A DNA stretch of 24,000 nucleotides from Fretibacterium sp. GTDB taxonomy: Bacteria > Synergistota > Synergistia > Synergistales > Aminobacteriaceae. The stretch lies in contig JAILIX010000074.1 of NCBI GenBank assembly GCA_024695065.1, positions 24,459 through 48,458 on the forward strand, given 5' to 3'. Of this stretch, positions 1 to 8,497 are shown piece by piece. A model generated the notes under the pieces. It made no database searches, was not told where the DNA came from, and saw only the letters and a list, made by a program, of their open reading frames with translations. The translations under genes were made by a program, and so were the position numbers. The number at the start of each line of letters is the position of its first letter. Position 1 is the first letter of the stretch.

Positions 1-32
1 GCGGGGGAAAGGGGAGAAATTTCTCAGTTATC

Positions 33-65
33 AAAAAGCCCCCGTCGCACCGCCGGCGGGGGAGC
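33..65 (-). terminator. Rho-independent terminator-like hairpin, T-run on the minus strand
   Basis: CCCCCGTCG (39-47) pairs with CGGCGGGGG (54-62), about 9 bp with one G.U. AAAAA at 33-37 gives a U-run on the minus strand. On the plus strand a T-rich stretch lies about 10 nt downstream, so it may be bidirectional. Confidence 0.55.
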
Positions 66-190
66 ATTGCTTTTATTTTAACCCAAAGGGGCTGGAATTT
101 GAAACCCCGGCGCTTTTAATGCGGCGCGCTGCCCAGACAGCGTTGTAAAATAAAGAGGACAGGACAGATTAAACGAAGGAGGACTCTTCC

Positions 191-448
191 ATGGAGAAAA
201 CAGAAGGGCCTGTAATCAAACGGGCAGTGCTTCAGCGGGCGCGCTCCGGGGGCGGGAAATGGGTTGTTCGGGTATTGGTGTCCCCGCCGCCCGAGGCAGC
301 TCAGCTTGAGGATTTGGCCCGGGAGGTGCGCAAGGCCCTCGGTACGGGCGCCCGGGTCGGGGATGGGGCCCTGCTCGTTCAGGGAGATATCCCCGACCGC
401 GTGGAGGACTGGCTCAGAAAGCGCGGTGTCCCTAAAATCGTCCGGTAG
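191..448 (+). CDS. SUI1/eIF1-like (YciH family) translation initiation factor homolog, short form
   Basis: 85 aa. The C-terminal half LAREVRKALGTGARVGDGALLVQGDIPDRVEDWLRKRG matches the SUI1 pattern (LAKxLKKxLGTGGxVKDGxIxxQGDHRxxVxxxLxxxG). GGAGGA Shine-Dalgarno sits upstream of ATG 191. Confidence 0.7.
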   Translation: MEKTEGPVIKRAVLQRARSGGGKWVVRVLVSPPPEAAQLEDLAREVRKALGTGARVGDGALLVQGDIPDRVEDWLRKRGVPKIVR

Positions 449-455
449 ACAAAAA

Positions 456-1556
456 TCAAACGTTGAAGCGTATTTCAATCATGTCGCCGTCGTGCACGAC
501 ATACTCCTTGCCCTCCAGACGGAGAACGCCCTTATCCCGGCAGGCGGGCAGGGAGGCCCCGCTGGCGATGAAGTCGTCATAGGCGACCACCTGAGCCCGA
601 ATGAATCCCCGCGCCAGGTCCGAGTGAATGGTCCCCGCCGCGTCCACGGCCGTCTCGCCGTCGTGGAGCGTCCAGGCCCGAACCTCGTCGGAGCCGCTGG
701 TAAAGAAGGAAATAAGCCCAAGCAGGCTGTAGGCCTCGTGAATCAGACGGTCGCGGCCCGGCTCCGTGATGGAGAGGTCCTTCATGAATTCTTCCTGCTC
801 CGCCGGCTCAAGCTGCGCCAGCTCCATCTCGATGGAGCCGAAAACCCGGACGACCTTCAGTCCCTTCTCCTTCATGGCGGCCTCCAGCGGCGCGGCAACG
901 GGGAGCGCTGGATCTGTCTGCGTCTCGTCCAGGTTCAGAACCACCAGCTCCGGCTTCAGGGTCAGGAAGGCAAAGCCGGAGAGGGCACGCTTCTGCTCCT
1001 CTGTCAGGGAATATTCCCGCAGGGGGCGCTCATCCATCAGATGATCCTGGAGCGCATGGAGGAGGTCCGCCTCCGCGTTCTCCGCGGGGGTGGTCTTCTT
1101 CTTCGCGGCCTTTTCCTCAAGACGGGCCAGACGGTTGCCGATGACGCCCAGGTCCCGGTAAATCAGCTCCGTCTCGACAATCTTCCAGTCGCGCAGCGGG
1201 TCAATGCTCTCCTCCGGGTGGGGGACCGAGGCGTTGTTGAAGGCGCGCACCACGTGCAGCAGCGCGTCTGACTCCGACACGAAGGACAAAAAGGAGTTGC
1301 CCAGCCCAGCGCCCTTGCTGGCGTCGCGGGAGAGTCCGGCGAGGTCCACAAACTCCACCTCAGCGGGCTTCTCGCTCCGGGGGGTGAATATCTCGACCAG
1401 TCTGTCAAAGCGTTTATCCGGCACGCCGACCAGCGCCCGGTTCGGCTCGGTCTTGCCGCCGGCGTAGGGCTTGACCTCCGCTCCTGCCCGCGTGATGACA
1501 TTAAACACCGTGGACTTGCCTGACAGGGGCAGGCCGACGATTCCGCATTTCAGCAA
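456..1556 (-). CDS. ychF: Redox-regulated/ribosome-binding ATPase YchF (Obg-family GTPase fold)
   Basis: GIVGLPLSGKSTVFN P-loop, NRALVGVPDKRFDRL, EFVDLAGLSRDASKGAGLGNSFL, and C-terminal TGS-like AWTLHDGETAVDAAGTIHSDLARGFIRAQVV...DGDMIEIRFNV. The ORF extends to 1583. The best start is TTG at 1556, just after a CGGAGGG Shine-Dalgarno. Confidence 0.93.
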   Translation of the reverse strand: MLKCGIVGLPLSGKSTVFNVITRAGAEVKPYAGGKTEPNRALVGVPDKRFDRLVEIFTPRSEKPAEVEFVDLAGLSRDASKGAGLGNSFLSFVSESDALLHVVRAFNNASVPHPEESIDPLRDWKIVETELIYRDLGVIGNRLARLEEKAAKKKTTPAENAEADLLHALQDHLMDERPLREYSLTEEQKRALSGFAFLTLKPELVVLNLDETQTDPALPVAAPLEAAMKEKGLKVVRVFGSIEMELAQLEPAEQEEFMKDLSITEPGRDRLIHEAYSLLGLISFFTSGSDEVRAWTLHDGETAVDAAGTIHSDLARGFIRAQVVAYDDFIASGASLPACRDKGVLRLEGKEYVVHDGDMIEIRFNV

Positions 1557-1666
1557 GGAAATCCCCTCCGTACGATCTCGCAAATTTATCTGACAAGCAG
1601 CAAAGCTGCAACTCTATCGCTGAAAATTGCAGGTGCGCCTTGCATTATTTTACATTTTACCACGGG

Positions 1667-1807
1667 GAGAGCCGCATCCGCGACGCAAACATGGCTAAAG
1701 AGATGATGGCCTTCTCCAGACTCCAGATTATCCTTCAGGCTGGGAACAGCATGCTGGCTCAGACCAACCAGCTTCCGCAGAATACGCTGAGTCTGGTAAC
1801 GTGCTGA
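1667..1807 (+). pseudogene. Flagellin C-terminal remnant
   Basis: Frame translation ESRIRDANMAKEMMAFSRLQIILQAGNSMLAQTNQLPQNTLSLVTC* is the canonical flagellin C-terminal domain. There is no upstream flagellin coding sequence; homology stops abruptly before ESRIRD. Confidence 0.85.
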
Positions 1808-1819
1808 GTCTGGTGAGAC
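1786..1819 (+). repeat. 17-nt imperfect tandem duplication at the end of the flagellin remnant
   Basis: GCTGAGTCTGGT occurs at 1786-1797 and 1803-1814, an offset of 17 nt. The first copy runs into the TGA stop. Confidence 0.8.
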
Positions 1820-2105
1820 AGCCCTTCATCGGCGAAAACAGCAGAAGAAGGCCCGGAGTCTGCTGTCAGGGTTCCTCAGACATCCCGGATGAGGCGGTGC
1901 GTGAACAGGAACTGTGTCCGCTCAGGAACAGCCCGGATGTCTTTGAGAAGTTTCTGCTTTCCATGGACCGAACCCTTATCCCGGATTTTAACGGTGTCCG
2001 CAGCCGGAACACTGCGGACTTCCATTGGGAGGGAAAATATCCCGCCGGATGCTTGCCCGCCGGGCCATGGCTGTTGTATCCTATGCTTGAGAGGAGTGTG
2101 AGGCC

Positions 2106-2603
2106 ATGAAACGCAGCGCGGTTTATCCCGGCTCGTTCGACCCCATCACGAATGGACATATCTACATCACCGAGCGGGCCGCCGCCATCTTTGACGAGGT
2201 GAAGGTCAGCGTTCTGGTCAACCTGCAGAAGAAATCCACCTTCAGCGTGGAGGAACGGTGCGCCATGGCAAGGGAGGCCCTGAGCCATCTGCCCAATGTG
2301 ACGGTGGATTATTTTGAGGGGCTGCTGGTCGACTATGTGAGGCAGACACGGTCGCGGGTCATTATCCGCGGACTGCGCGCCATGTCGGACTTTGAGTACG
2401 AGTTCCAGATGGCGCTGATGAACCGCCAGCTTGCTCCGGAGATCGAGACCTTCTTCATTGTGACCGACCCCAAATACTCCTATATCTCCAGCAGCAGCGT
2501 CCGTGAGATTTTCCAGTTTGGGGGAACGGTGCAGGATGTGGTGCCGCCTGTGGTATTCCAGCGTCTGAGGGAGCGCTTTCCCGCCCGCCTGGCGCAGCAA
2601 TGA
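2106..2603 (+). CDS. coaD: Phosphopantetheine adenylyltransferase
   Basis: 165 aa with YPGSFDPITNGHIYI nucleotidyltransferase motif, VIIRGLRAMSDFEYEFQMALMNRQLAPEIETFF, and YSYISSSSVREI. Confidence 0.97.
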   Translation: MKRSAVYPGSFDPITNGHIYITERAAAIFDEVKVSVLVNLQKKSTFSVEERCAMAREALSHLPNVTVDYFEGLLVDYVRQTRSRVIIRGLRAMSDFEYEFQMALMNRQLAPEIETFFIVTDPKYSYISSSSVREIFQFGGTVQDVVPPVVFQRLRERFPARLAQQ

Positions 2604-3211
2604 CCGCTTTGCCGCAAAACTTCTATCTGGCGGACACCGCAGCCGTTGCCCGCAAACTTCTGGGGCAGGTGCTGGTCCACGAGTCTGCCGGGGGAAGGGC
2701 GGCAGGGATTATTGTGGAAACTGAGGCTTATAAGGGCCGGACGGACGCCGCCTGCCACTCCGCCGGGCTGGACGCGCCCCGGCCGGGCCACCGCACTGAG
2801 GTGATGTTCCGCGCCGGAGGGTGTGCTTACGTCTATCTGATTTATGGAATGTACTGCTGCTTCAACGTGGTGACAAGGCCGGCGGGCGTCGCTGAGGCGG
2901 TGTTGATCCGTGCACTGGAGCCCACAGAGGGACTTGATGTGATGAGGACGCGCCGTCGCGTGGAGGGGGAACGCCAGCTCTGCAGCGGACCGGGGAAGCT
3001 CTGTCAGGCCCTGGGGATTACCCGGGCGGAAAATGGCTTTGACCTGACCTCCGGCCCTCTGCGAATCCTCAGGGGCAAGGCCGTTCCTGACTCCAAAGTG
3101 GCCGTCACGCCGCGCATCAATGTGGACTACGCCGGGGCGGACGCGCTTCTGCCTTACCGGTTTGTGGTGAAGGACAGCCGTTTTCTCAGCAGAGCTTTCA
3201 GTCAGCGTTGA
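2600..3211 (+). CDS. Putative 3-methyladenine DNA glycosylase (AAG/MPG family)
   Basis: LLGQVLVHE, GIIVETEAYKGRTDAACHS, MFRAGGCAYVYLIYGMYCCFNVVT and LCSGPGKLCQALGI are AAG/MPG motifs. It overlaps the coaD stop by 4 bp (ATGA). Confidence 0.93.
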   Translation: MTALPQNFYLADTAAVARKLLGQVLVHESAGGRAAGIIVETEAYKGRTDAACHSAGLDAPRPGHRTEVMFRAGGCAYVYLIYGMYCCFNVVTRPAGVAEAVLIRALEPTEGLDVMRTRRRVEGERQLCSGPGKLCQALGITRAENGFDLTSGPLRILRGKAVPDSKVAVTPRINVDYAGADALLPYRFVVKDSRFLSRAFSQR

Positions 3212-4013
3212 TGGGAGCCGTAGGGGATGTCCGGGGCTTTCCCCTGCCCTCCTGACGGGTGAACAGCGCCGTTGCGTGGCCGGTGGTGCGTTCGGAGGGC
3301 CCCCTGATAAAATCGGCGGAGTTGCTGCGTTCCAAAATCTCAGCGCGGGTAAGCCCCAGACGCTTCATCAGCATCAGGAAGAGCCGCGCCCCCCTCGGAC
3401 AGTCAATGTCCGCATCGTTCAGCGCCGCAAGGCGGAAATTTTGAATCTGTTCAAGGCTCCGGGCGTCCTCGGCATCAGATTGCTCCCGCGGCTTGTAGTG
3501 GGATAAATCCATGCTGAGAAGGACAAGGCTGTCCCCGTCCCGCAGCAGTTCCTCCAGAGCCTGGCACATGCGCAAAACCTGCAGATCCGTTGCGGAGGAC
3601 CTGACGATGATGGACAGGACGGACGTCCCGGGAAAGAATTTTGCGATACGTGGAATATGCTCTGTGATGCAGTGGTCGCGGCGGGCAACCTCGTCCTGGC
3701 GGAAAAGACCAGCAGCCTTCGCGCCCTCAGCGTCCCCGCGAAGAAGGTTTTCCCTGCCCCAGTCCGACGCGCCGGCGACGATGTTCCGCTTCGCCCGGTG
3801 GAAATGGTCCGGCCCAATGACGATAACGCGCCGGGGGCGCGGATTTATGGATTGGATACGGGCATAGAGACGATCAATCAGGGCTCCGGCCACACCGTGA
3901 TGCGGCGTCAGGGCTCCCACCACCCCGCCGCAGCAGGGCAGGGCGAAAAAGAAAAGGGCGGCGGCAAGCGCCGCCGTCCTCATCCTGAACAGACTACTGA
4001 TACAGTTTCTCAT
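3198..4013 (-). CDS. Memo-like protein (AmmeMemoRadiSam system protein B family) with N-terminal signal/anchor
   Basis: GVVGALTPHHGVAGALI, VIVIGPDHFHRAKRNIVAG and LLSMDLSHYKPREQSDAED are Memo-family signatures. The N-terminus MRTAALAAALFFFALPCCG is hydrophobic. The start may be 4013 or 3983. Confidence 0.82.
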   Translation of the reverse strand: MRNCISSLFRMRTAALAAALFFFALPCCGGVVGALTPHHGVAGALIDRLYARIQSINPRPRRVIVIGPDHFHRAKRNIVAGASDWGRENLLRGDAEGAKAAGLFRQDEVARRDHCITEHIPRIAKFFPGTSVLSIIVRSSATDLQVLRMCQALEELLRDGDSLVLLSMDLSHYKPREQSDAEDARSLEQIQNFRLAALNDADIDCPRGARLFLMLMKRLGLTRAEILERSNSADFIRGPSERTTGHATALFTRQEGRGKPRTSPTAPINAD

Positions 4014-6468
4014 TCCAGGCAGGCAGGAACTCCGTCAGGTCCTCTCCGCCGTAAACCTTTGCCTTCCACTCATCATCGTTCATACGGCGTTCCAGCATGG
4101 GGCCGACGAAGGTGTAGTAGGAGTACATGAAGCCCTCCGTCACGCGGAAGCCGCCGGACTTGTCGTTGACATAGACGTGGATTTTGCGCGGCGCGCCTGT
4201 GGCCATGTAGAGAACGCTTCCCTTCTCAGCATCCGTGGCTACGTCTGCCACCAGCGCCATTTTGAGCATATTCTGCCCCGTTTCGCCCATCACTTCATAG
4301 ATGTCCTCCGGCAGCACGGACGGCAGTTTGAAGTTCAAAACGGTCTGGAAATCATCGTAGGTCATCGTGTCATCCCTGGCCCGGCCGGCGATGCCGGACA
4401 GGGTCTCCATGCTCTCGGCAAACTCCGTCAGTCTGGTGCGGTAGTGCTCCTCAACGTATTCGTTCTCGTCGGGCAGAAGCGGCTTCAGTGTCTTCGCCAG
4501 ATCGCGGGCCACTGACGCCAGGGCGTCGAACAGCTCCGGCACAGGCTCAACATACCCGCGCGGGATGGGAAGTTCAAAGGGGCCTGCCACCAGTGTGCCG
4601 CCGCCCTCGCCCATCTCCGCGCCGCTCTGCTCCGCGTAGAGGATGGTGTCGTGCTTGAGTTCCGTCATGTTTGCCTCGGCTGTCATCAGTTTCTTGTAAC
4701 TCCAGGCCGGCGTGCCTGCGAAGAACTGACTGGAACCCTTTGACGCAAAATACGTTCTCAGGGCCGACAGAATGGATGTGTAGACATTCGCCCCGTCGTC
4801 GGCCCCGGACCAGGAAGGCCACATCCCGATGAGCTTCTTCTGGTTGTCCTCGTAGCTCTTAAAACTGCTGTACTGTTTGACCTCGTCCTGGGCGGGCTTT
4901 GAGCCCAGCACGGCCATCACGTCCAGCGGGTCCGGCAGGGTGCGGTTCTGCGTGGCCGGATGCGTGAGCGTGTGGAAAATGAACGCGTCAAAGGTTACGC
5001 GCCGGGGCAGAAGGGCGAATTTCTTGCCGGCGAGCTTCTGAATGACACTGCCCTTCCCGGCCTTGTCCAGTGCCTCCATCAGGGCCTTCACCCTGTCCGG
5101 CTTGCCAAGATCCGCAAGCTTGAAGGGCCTGAGCGCCTTTGACAGCGCCTCGGGAGAGTTGACGTTGGAACCGCCTACGAGCGTTGTGATGGGGTCGTAG
5201 AGCGCGCGCCAGCGTTTCTGCACCGCCGGAGCGGTGAGGAGCTTGTTGAGGATGAGCGTCGCCGCCGCGCCGGTCTCACTGTCCAGAGGCCAGCCTGTTC
5301 CCAGCAGGTATGTCGCACGGAAGTAGGCCTTCAGGTCGTCGTTCAGCGTGTAGTGTCCCCTGGGCCCGAAGAGACTGAAGTCCTGAGGCAGTTCCGTGAA
5401 GGGGTTGGCCCCCGCGCCTTCGCCGCTCATAACGCCCTGGGCGAAGTCCTGAACGTCCCCGGGAAGCTCCGAGCCGCCGTTCGTGATGAGGTGCAGAGCC
5501 AGAGCCAGGAATCCGGACACCTTTCCTCTGGCCTTTTTTTCCAGTTCCGAGGCGGGCTTGGGCTGTTTCTTCAGTGCGTCTCTCATGGCTGTTACCAGGT
5601 CCGCTGTACGTGAGACCAGAGCCTTCTCCTCGACCTTCTGAAGCGCGCGGTCAAAGTACAGATGAAGGGCGTGAAGCGGCAGGTCCGCCGTGATGAACTT
5701 CGGCGTGTGTATATTCATGTCCCCATAGAGGTCCACCATGTCGTCCTCACGCAGAAATTCCGGGATAATGGGGGAGGGGGCGACATAAAAGCCATTTTTC
5801 AGCAGGAACTTTTTCACATCGCCGTCGACGGAGTCAGGCAGGTTCTCCTCCTCCACCCGGGAGAGCTCCGGCTTCGATGCGGCCAGATCCCGCAGATCCG
5901 CTTCCGGCAGCCACGCACACCGGCGGTCTGATCCTGCGAAGTCCGCATCCACACCCTCCGGCCTCTCGTCAGAAGAGAAATTTGTGCTGAAGACACAGAG
6001 AATCCACGAGGCGCCGTCTGCCTCGGCCCGGCCCTCTGCCATGACAACGGCGCCGCGGGGCAGGGTGAATTTGGAGTAATCCGACACGGGGCACTTTCCC
6101 GGCAGAAGATGGGGAATCAGTCCCTCTGTCAGGACCTGAAATGGCCGGGCCTCCAACGCCTTATACTTCGGCATGGGGGTCAGCAGCGCAAGCTCGACGA
6201 GACCATTGACGCCCTCTCCCTCCAGGGAAAGCCAGCCCTTCCTCTTTGCCGGTGCGCCCTCCACAACGTCGCCATAGGCCAGTGCGGAGCACTCCATCTC
6301 CTCCGGAATCACCACCCAGCCGCCCTCAGGGGCCGCCTTGGTTTTTGAGAAATCCTCAAAAATGGGGGCCAGCCGTCCGGTGACAACGTACTTCTGCGCT
6401 GCCGCCGCCGTTCCGCAAAGAGCGAGGAGAAGCAGCCCCGCTGCCACAATGCCTGACAACCTTTTCAT
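3994..6468 (-). CDS. Large secreted DUF3160-like protein
   Basis: Start set at ATG 6468 (MKRLSGIVAAGLLLLALCGTAAAAQ signal peptide), preceded by AAGGAGG. DUF3160-like stretches are TADLPLHALHLYFDRALQKVEEKAL and SFKSYEDNQKKLIGMWPSWSGADDGANVYTSILSALRTYF. The ORF track start at 6513 adds 15 residues. Confidence 0.75.
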   Translation of the reverse strand: MKRLSGIVAAGLLLLALCGTAAAAQKYVVTGRLAPIFEDFSKTKAAPEGGWVVIPEEMECSALAYGDVVEGAPAKRKGWLSLEGEGVNGLVELALLTPMPKYKALEARPFQVLTEGLIPHLLPGKCPVSDYSKFTLPRGAVVMAEGRAEADGASWILCVFSTNFSSDERPEGVDADFAGSDRRCAWLPEADLRDLAASKPELSRVEEENLPDSVDGDVKKFLLKNGFYVAPSPIIPEFLREDDMVDLYGDMNIHTPKFITADLPLHALHLYFDRALQKVEEKALVSRTADLVTAMRDALKKQPKPASELEKKARGKVSGFLALALHLITNGGSELPGDVQDFAQGVMSGEGAGANPFTELPQDFSLFGPRGHYTLNDDLKAYFRATYLLGTGWPLDSETGAAATLILNKLLTAPAVQKRWRALYDPITTLVGGSNVNSPEALSKALRPFKLADLGKPDRVKALMEALDKAGKGSVIQKLAGKKFALLPRRVTFDAFIFHTLTHPATQNRTLPDPLDVMAVLGSKPAQDEVKQYSSFKSYEDNQKKLIGMWPSWSGADDGANVYTSILSALRTYFASKGSSQFFAGTPAWSYKKLMTAEANMTELKHDTILYAEQSGAEMGEGGGTLVAGPFELPIPRGYVEPVPELFDALASVARDLAKTLKPLLPDENEYVEEHYRTRLTEFAESMETLSGIAGRARDDTMTYDDFQTVLNFKLPSVLPEDIYEVMGETGQNMLKMALVADVATDAEKGSVLYMATGAPRKIHVYVNDKSGGFRVTEGFMYSYYTFVGPMLERRMNDDEWKAKVYGGEDLTEFLPAWNEKLYQ

Positions 6469-6578
6469 CAGAAAATGCCTCCTTAAATTATGGATAGTTT
6501 CTGGCTTATTCAACGCTGATATGATAACATAAATTGTGTTCGAAGTTCTCAGTAAAAAAATCAGGAGGCGTATTTAAA

Positions 6579-7787
6579 GTGGCGTACACAGAAACAACGA
6601 CGACGGGATGGGGCGAACGTCTTGGCAACTCGATTAAGGGGATTGTCACAGGGCTCGTCCTCATCGTGGTGGGAACAGTGCTGCTGTGGTGGAACGAGGG
6701 CAGGACGTTCAAGACCGCCGGGGCCATCGGCGAGGCGCAGATGCTGGCCGAGGATGTGGCGGATATCAGCAAAGCAGACCCGGCGCTTTCAGGCAAGGTT
6801 ATCCATGCCACAGGCCATGCGGACACGAAGGACGTGCTGCGCGATCCTATTTTTGGCATTGAGACGACGGCTATCCGGCTGGAGCGCGAGGTGGAGTACT
6901 ATCAGTGGGAGGAGGAATCCCAATCTGAGACGCGCAAGAAGCTGGGCGGCGGTGAGGAGACCGTTACGACCTATACCTACAAGCAGGACTGGAACTCCAG
7001 CCCCATCGACTCCGGTTCCTTCCACGATCCGAGATATCGGGGCGTCAACACTGTTTTAGCCAACATTGAGGATGAATCGCAGTGGGCTCCCCATGTCACC
7101 TTTGGGGCTTACACGCTGCCGGACAGCCTGAAGCACAGCATCAGCGGAGCCATGCCCATGACCCTCACGAGCGTGGATGCCGTGGCCGTCACGGGGACCT
7201 TCAACATCACTCCCGACAACGACTCATGGCGCCTCTACTACGGCAACGTCTCTGCGGACAAACTGATTCATGTGTCCGGCAGTACGGTTTACCTGGGCCG
7301 TGAGCCGGGCAGCCCGAAGGTCGGGGATGTGCGCATCACATTCAAGCAGGTCCCGCCGGCGGATGTCTCCATTATCGCCAGAGTCATCCGGGATACCTTT
7401 GAGCCCTACATTGCCACCAATGGCTACACCTTCATCCGTCTGGACATGGGGACGGTGAGCAAGGAACAGATGTTTGCGGACGCGAAGAGCGGCAATAACT
7501 TCATGGCCTGGGTTCTTCGCCTTATTGGTCTCCTTGTTGTCGCCGCAGGCATCGGTGCGGTGCTCTCTCCGCTGTCTGTGCTGGCTGACGTCATCCCGCT
7601 GCTGGGAGACATTGTGGGGGCGGGCGTGAGCCTCGTTGCTTTCCTGCTGGGCCTGGCGTGGTCCTGCATCGTTATCGCCGTGGCATGGGTGCGGTTCCGG
7701 CCCATTGTGGCGGGGTGCCTGCTGGCGGCGGCGGCTGTGCTGATCGGCTTCCTGTTCCTGAAGGGCCGCAGAAAGACGGCGCAGTAG
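6579..7787 (+). CDS. TMEM43 (LUMA) family membrane protein
   Basis: GNSIKGIVTGLVLIVVGTVLLWWNEGRTFKTAGAIGEAQ N-terminal TM, a large central domain, and a C-terminal TM cluster (AWVLRLIGLLVVAAGIGAVLSPLSVLADVIPLLGDIVGAG). GTG start at 6579 follows GGAGG. Confidence 0.85.
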   Translation: MAYTETTTTGWGERLGNSIKGIVTGLVLIVVGTVLLWWNEGRTFKTAGAIGEAQMLAEDVADISKADPALSGKVIHATGHADTKDVLRDPIFGIETTAIRLEREVEYYQWEEESQSETRKKLGGGEETVTTYTYKQDWNSSPIDSGSFHDPRYRGVNTVLANIEDESQWAPHVTFGAYTLPDSLKHSISGAMPMTLTSVDAVAVTGTFNITPDNDSWRLYYGNVSADKLIHVSGSTVYLGREPGSPKVGDVRITFKQVPPADVSIIARVIRDTFEPYIATNGYTFIRLDMGTVSKEQMFADAKSGNNFMAWVLRLIGLLVVAAGIGAVLSPLSVLADVIPLLGDIVGAGVSLVAFLLGLAWSCIVIAVAWVRFRPIVAGCLLAAAAVLIGFLFLKGRRKTAQ

Positions 7788-7804
7788 CAGGGAAAATAAA
7801 CAAT

Positions 7805-7830
7805 GGGGCTCAGGAACATGGGCCCCGTTT
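7805..7830 (+). terminator. Probable intrinsic terminator after the TMEM43 gene
   Basis: GGGGCTC (7805-7811) pairs with GGGCCCC (7820-7826), then GTTT. The T-tract is weak. Confidence 0.5.
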
Positions 7831-7857
7831 ACTCAACTAAAGGGGGGTAATATCGCA

Positions 7858-8478
7858 ATGAAAAAGCTTTTCACCTATGTGCCCTGTAAGGTCGTTGCAG
7901 CATTGGCCATGCTGCTGGCGGTTATGTCGGCGGGGTGTGCCTCGGCAGATCCCAAGATTTCTTTCACAGTCTACCAGTGCTTGGCCTGCGATAAGCTGTT
8001 CCAGAGCTTCCCCGGTGACCAGCTTGAAAGAAAAGAGTTCAGGAAGGGTGATGAGCAGCTTAAACGCGTGTTCCAGTTCGGCAACAGGGGGAAAAACTTT
8101 CCTCCGTGCAGAAAGTTTAAGTATCATATCTTCGAGAAAAAGGGAACGAACTCCACAGGCCTGAGCACTCTGAGCAAATCCAGCATGGCTGAGAACGTTG
8201 CGGTTGTGCGGGACGGCGGTTCTCTCAGCGGGATTACCCTGACGGAATGGGAGTGTGTGTACTGCAAAAAACATTTCTACTCCCTGAATAACGAGAACCT
8301 CAACATCCGGGACTGGGAACGTCAGAGGAGCTATCTCTTCAACCTGAAGGGGCGTCCCATCCCCGAGTGCTCAGCCAGAGATGTCTGGGGGCATATCTTC
8401 TATCCCAAAAAGACGTCGTCTGTGAAGTCCTACGAACTGGCTGTCATCGTCAACGACCTCTACTGGGTCAAGAACTGA
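7858..8478 (+). CDS. Secreted/lipoprotein-like cysteine-rich protein of unknown function (paralog A)
   Basis: N-terminal signal sequence ending MSAGCAS. YQCLACDKLF and WECVYCKKHFYSLN cysteine pairs. Paralogous to the next ORF. Confidence 0.75.
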   Translation: MKKLFTYVPCKVVAALAMLLAVMSAGCASADPKISFTVYQCLACDKLFQSFPGDQLERKEFRKGDEQLKRVFQFGNRGKNFPPCRKFKYHIFEKKGTNSTGLSTLSKSSMAENVAVVRDGGSLSGITLTEWECVYCKKHFYSLNNENLNIRDWERQRSYLFNLKGRPIPECSARDVWGHIFYPKKTSSVKSYELAVIVNDLYWVKN

Positions 8479-8497
8479 GCGGAAAGGGGATAGTGAC

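Noticed and set aside
264-1271. 335-aa plus-strand ORF
   Set aside because: Antisense to ychF, which has clear family motifs. Arg/Leu/Gly-rich composition typical of a shadow ORF in GC-rich DNA.
1866-2600. 244-aa minus-strand ORF
   Set aside because: Antisense to coaD; no recognisable motif.
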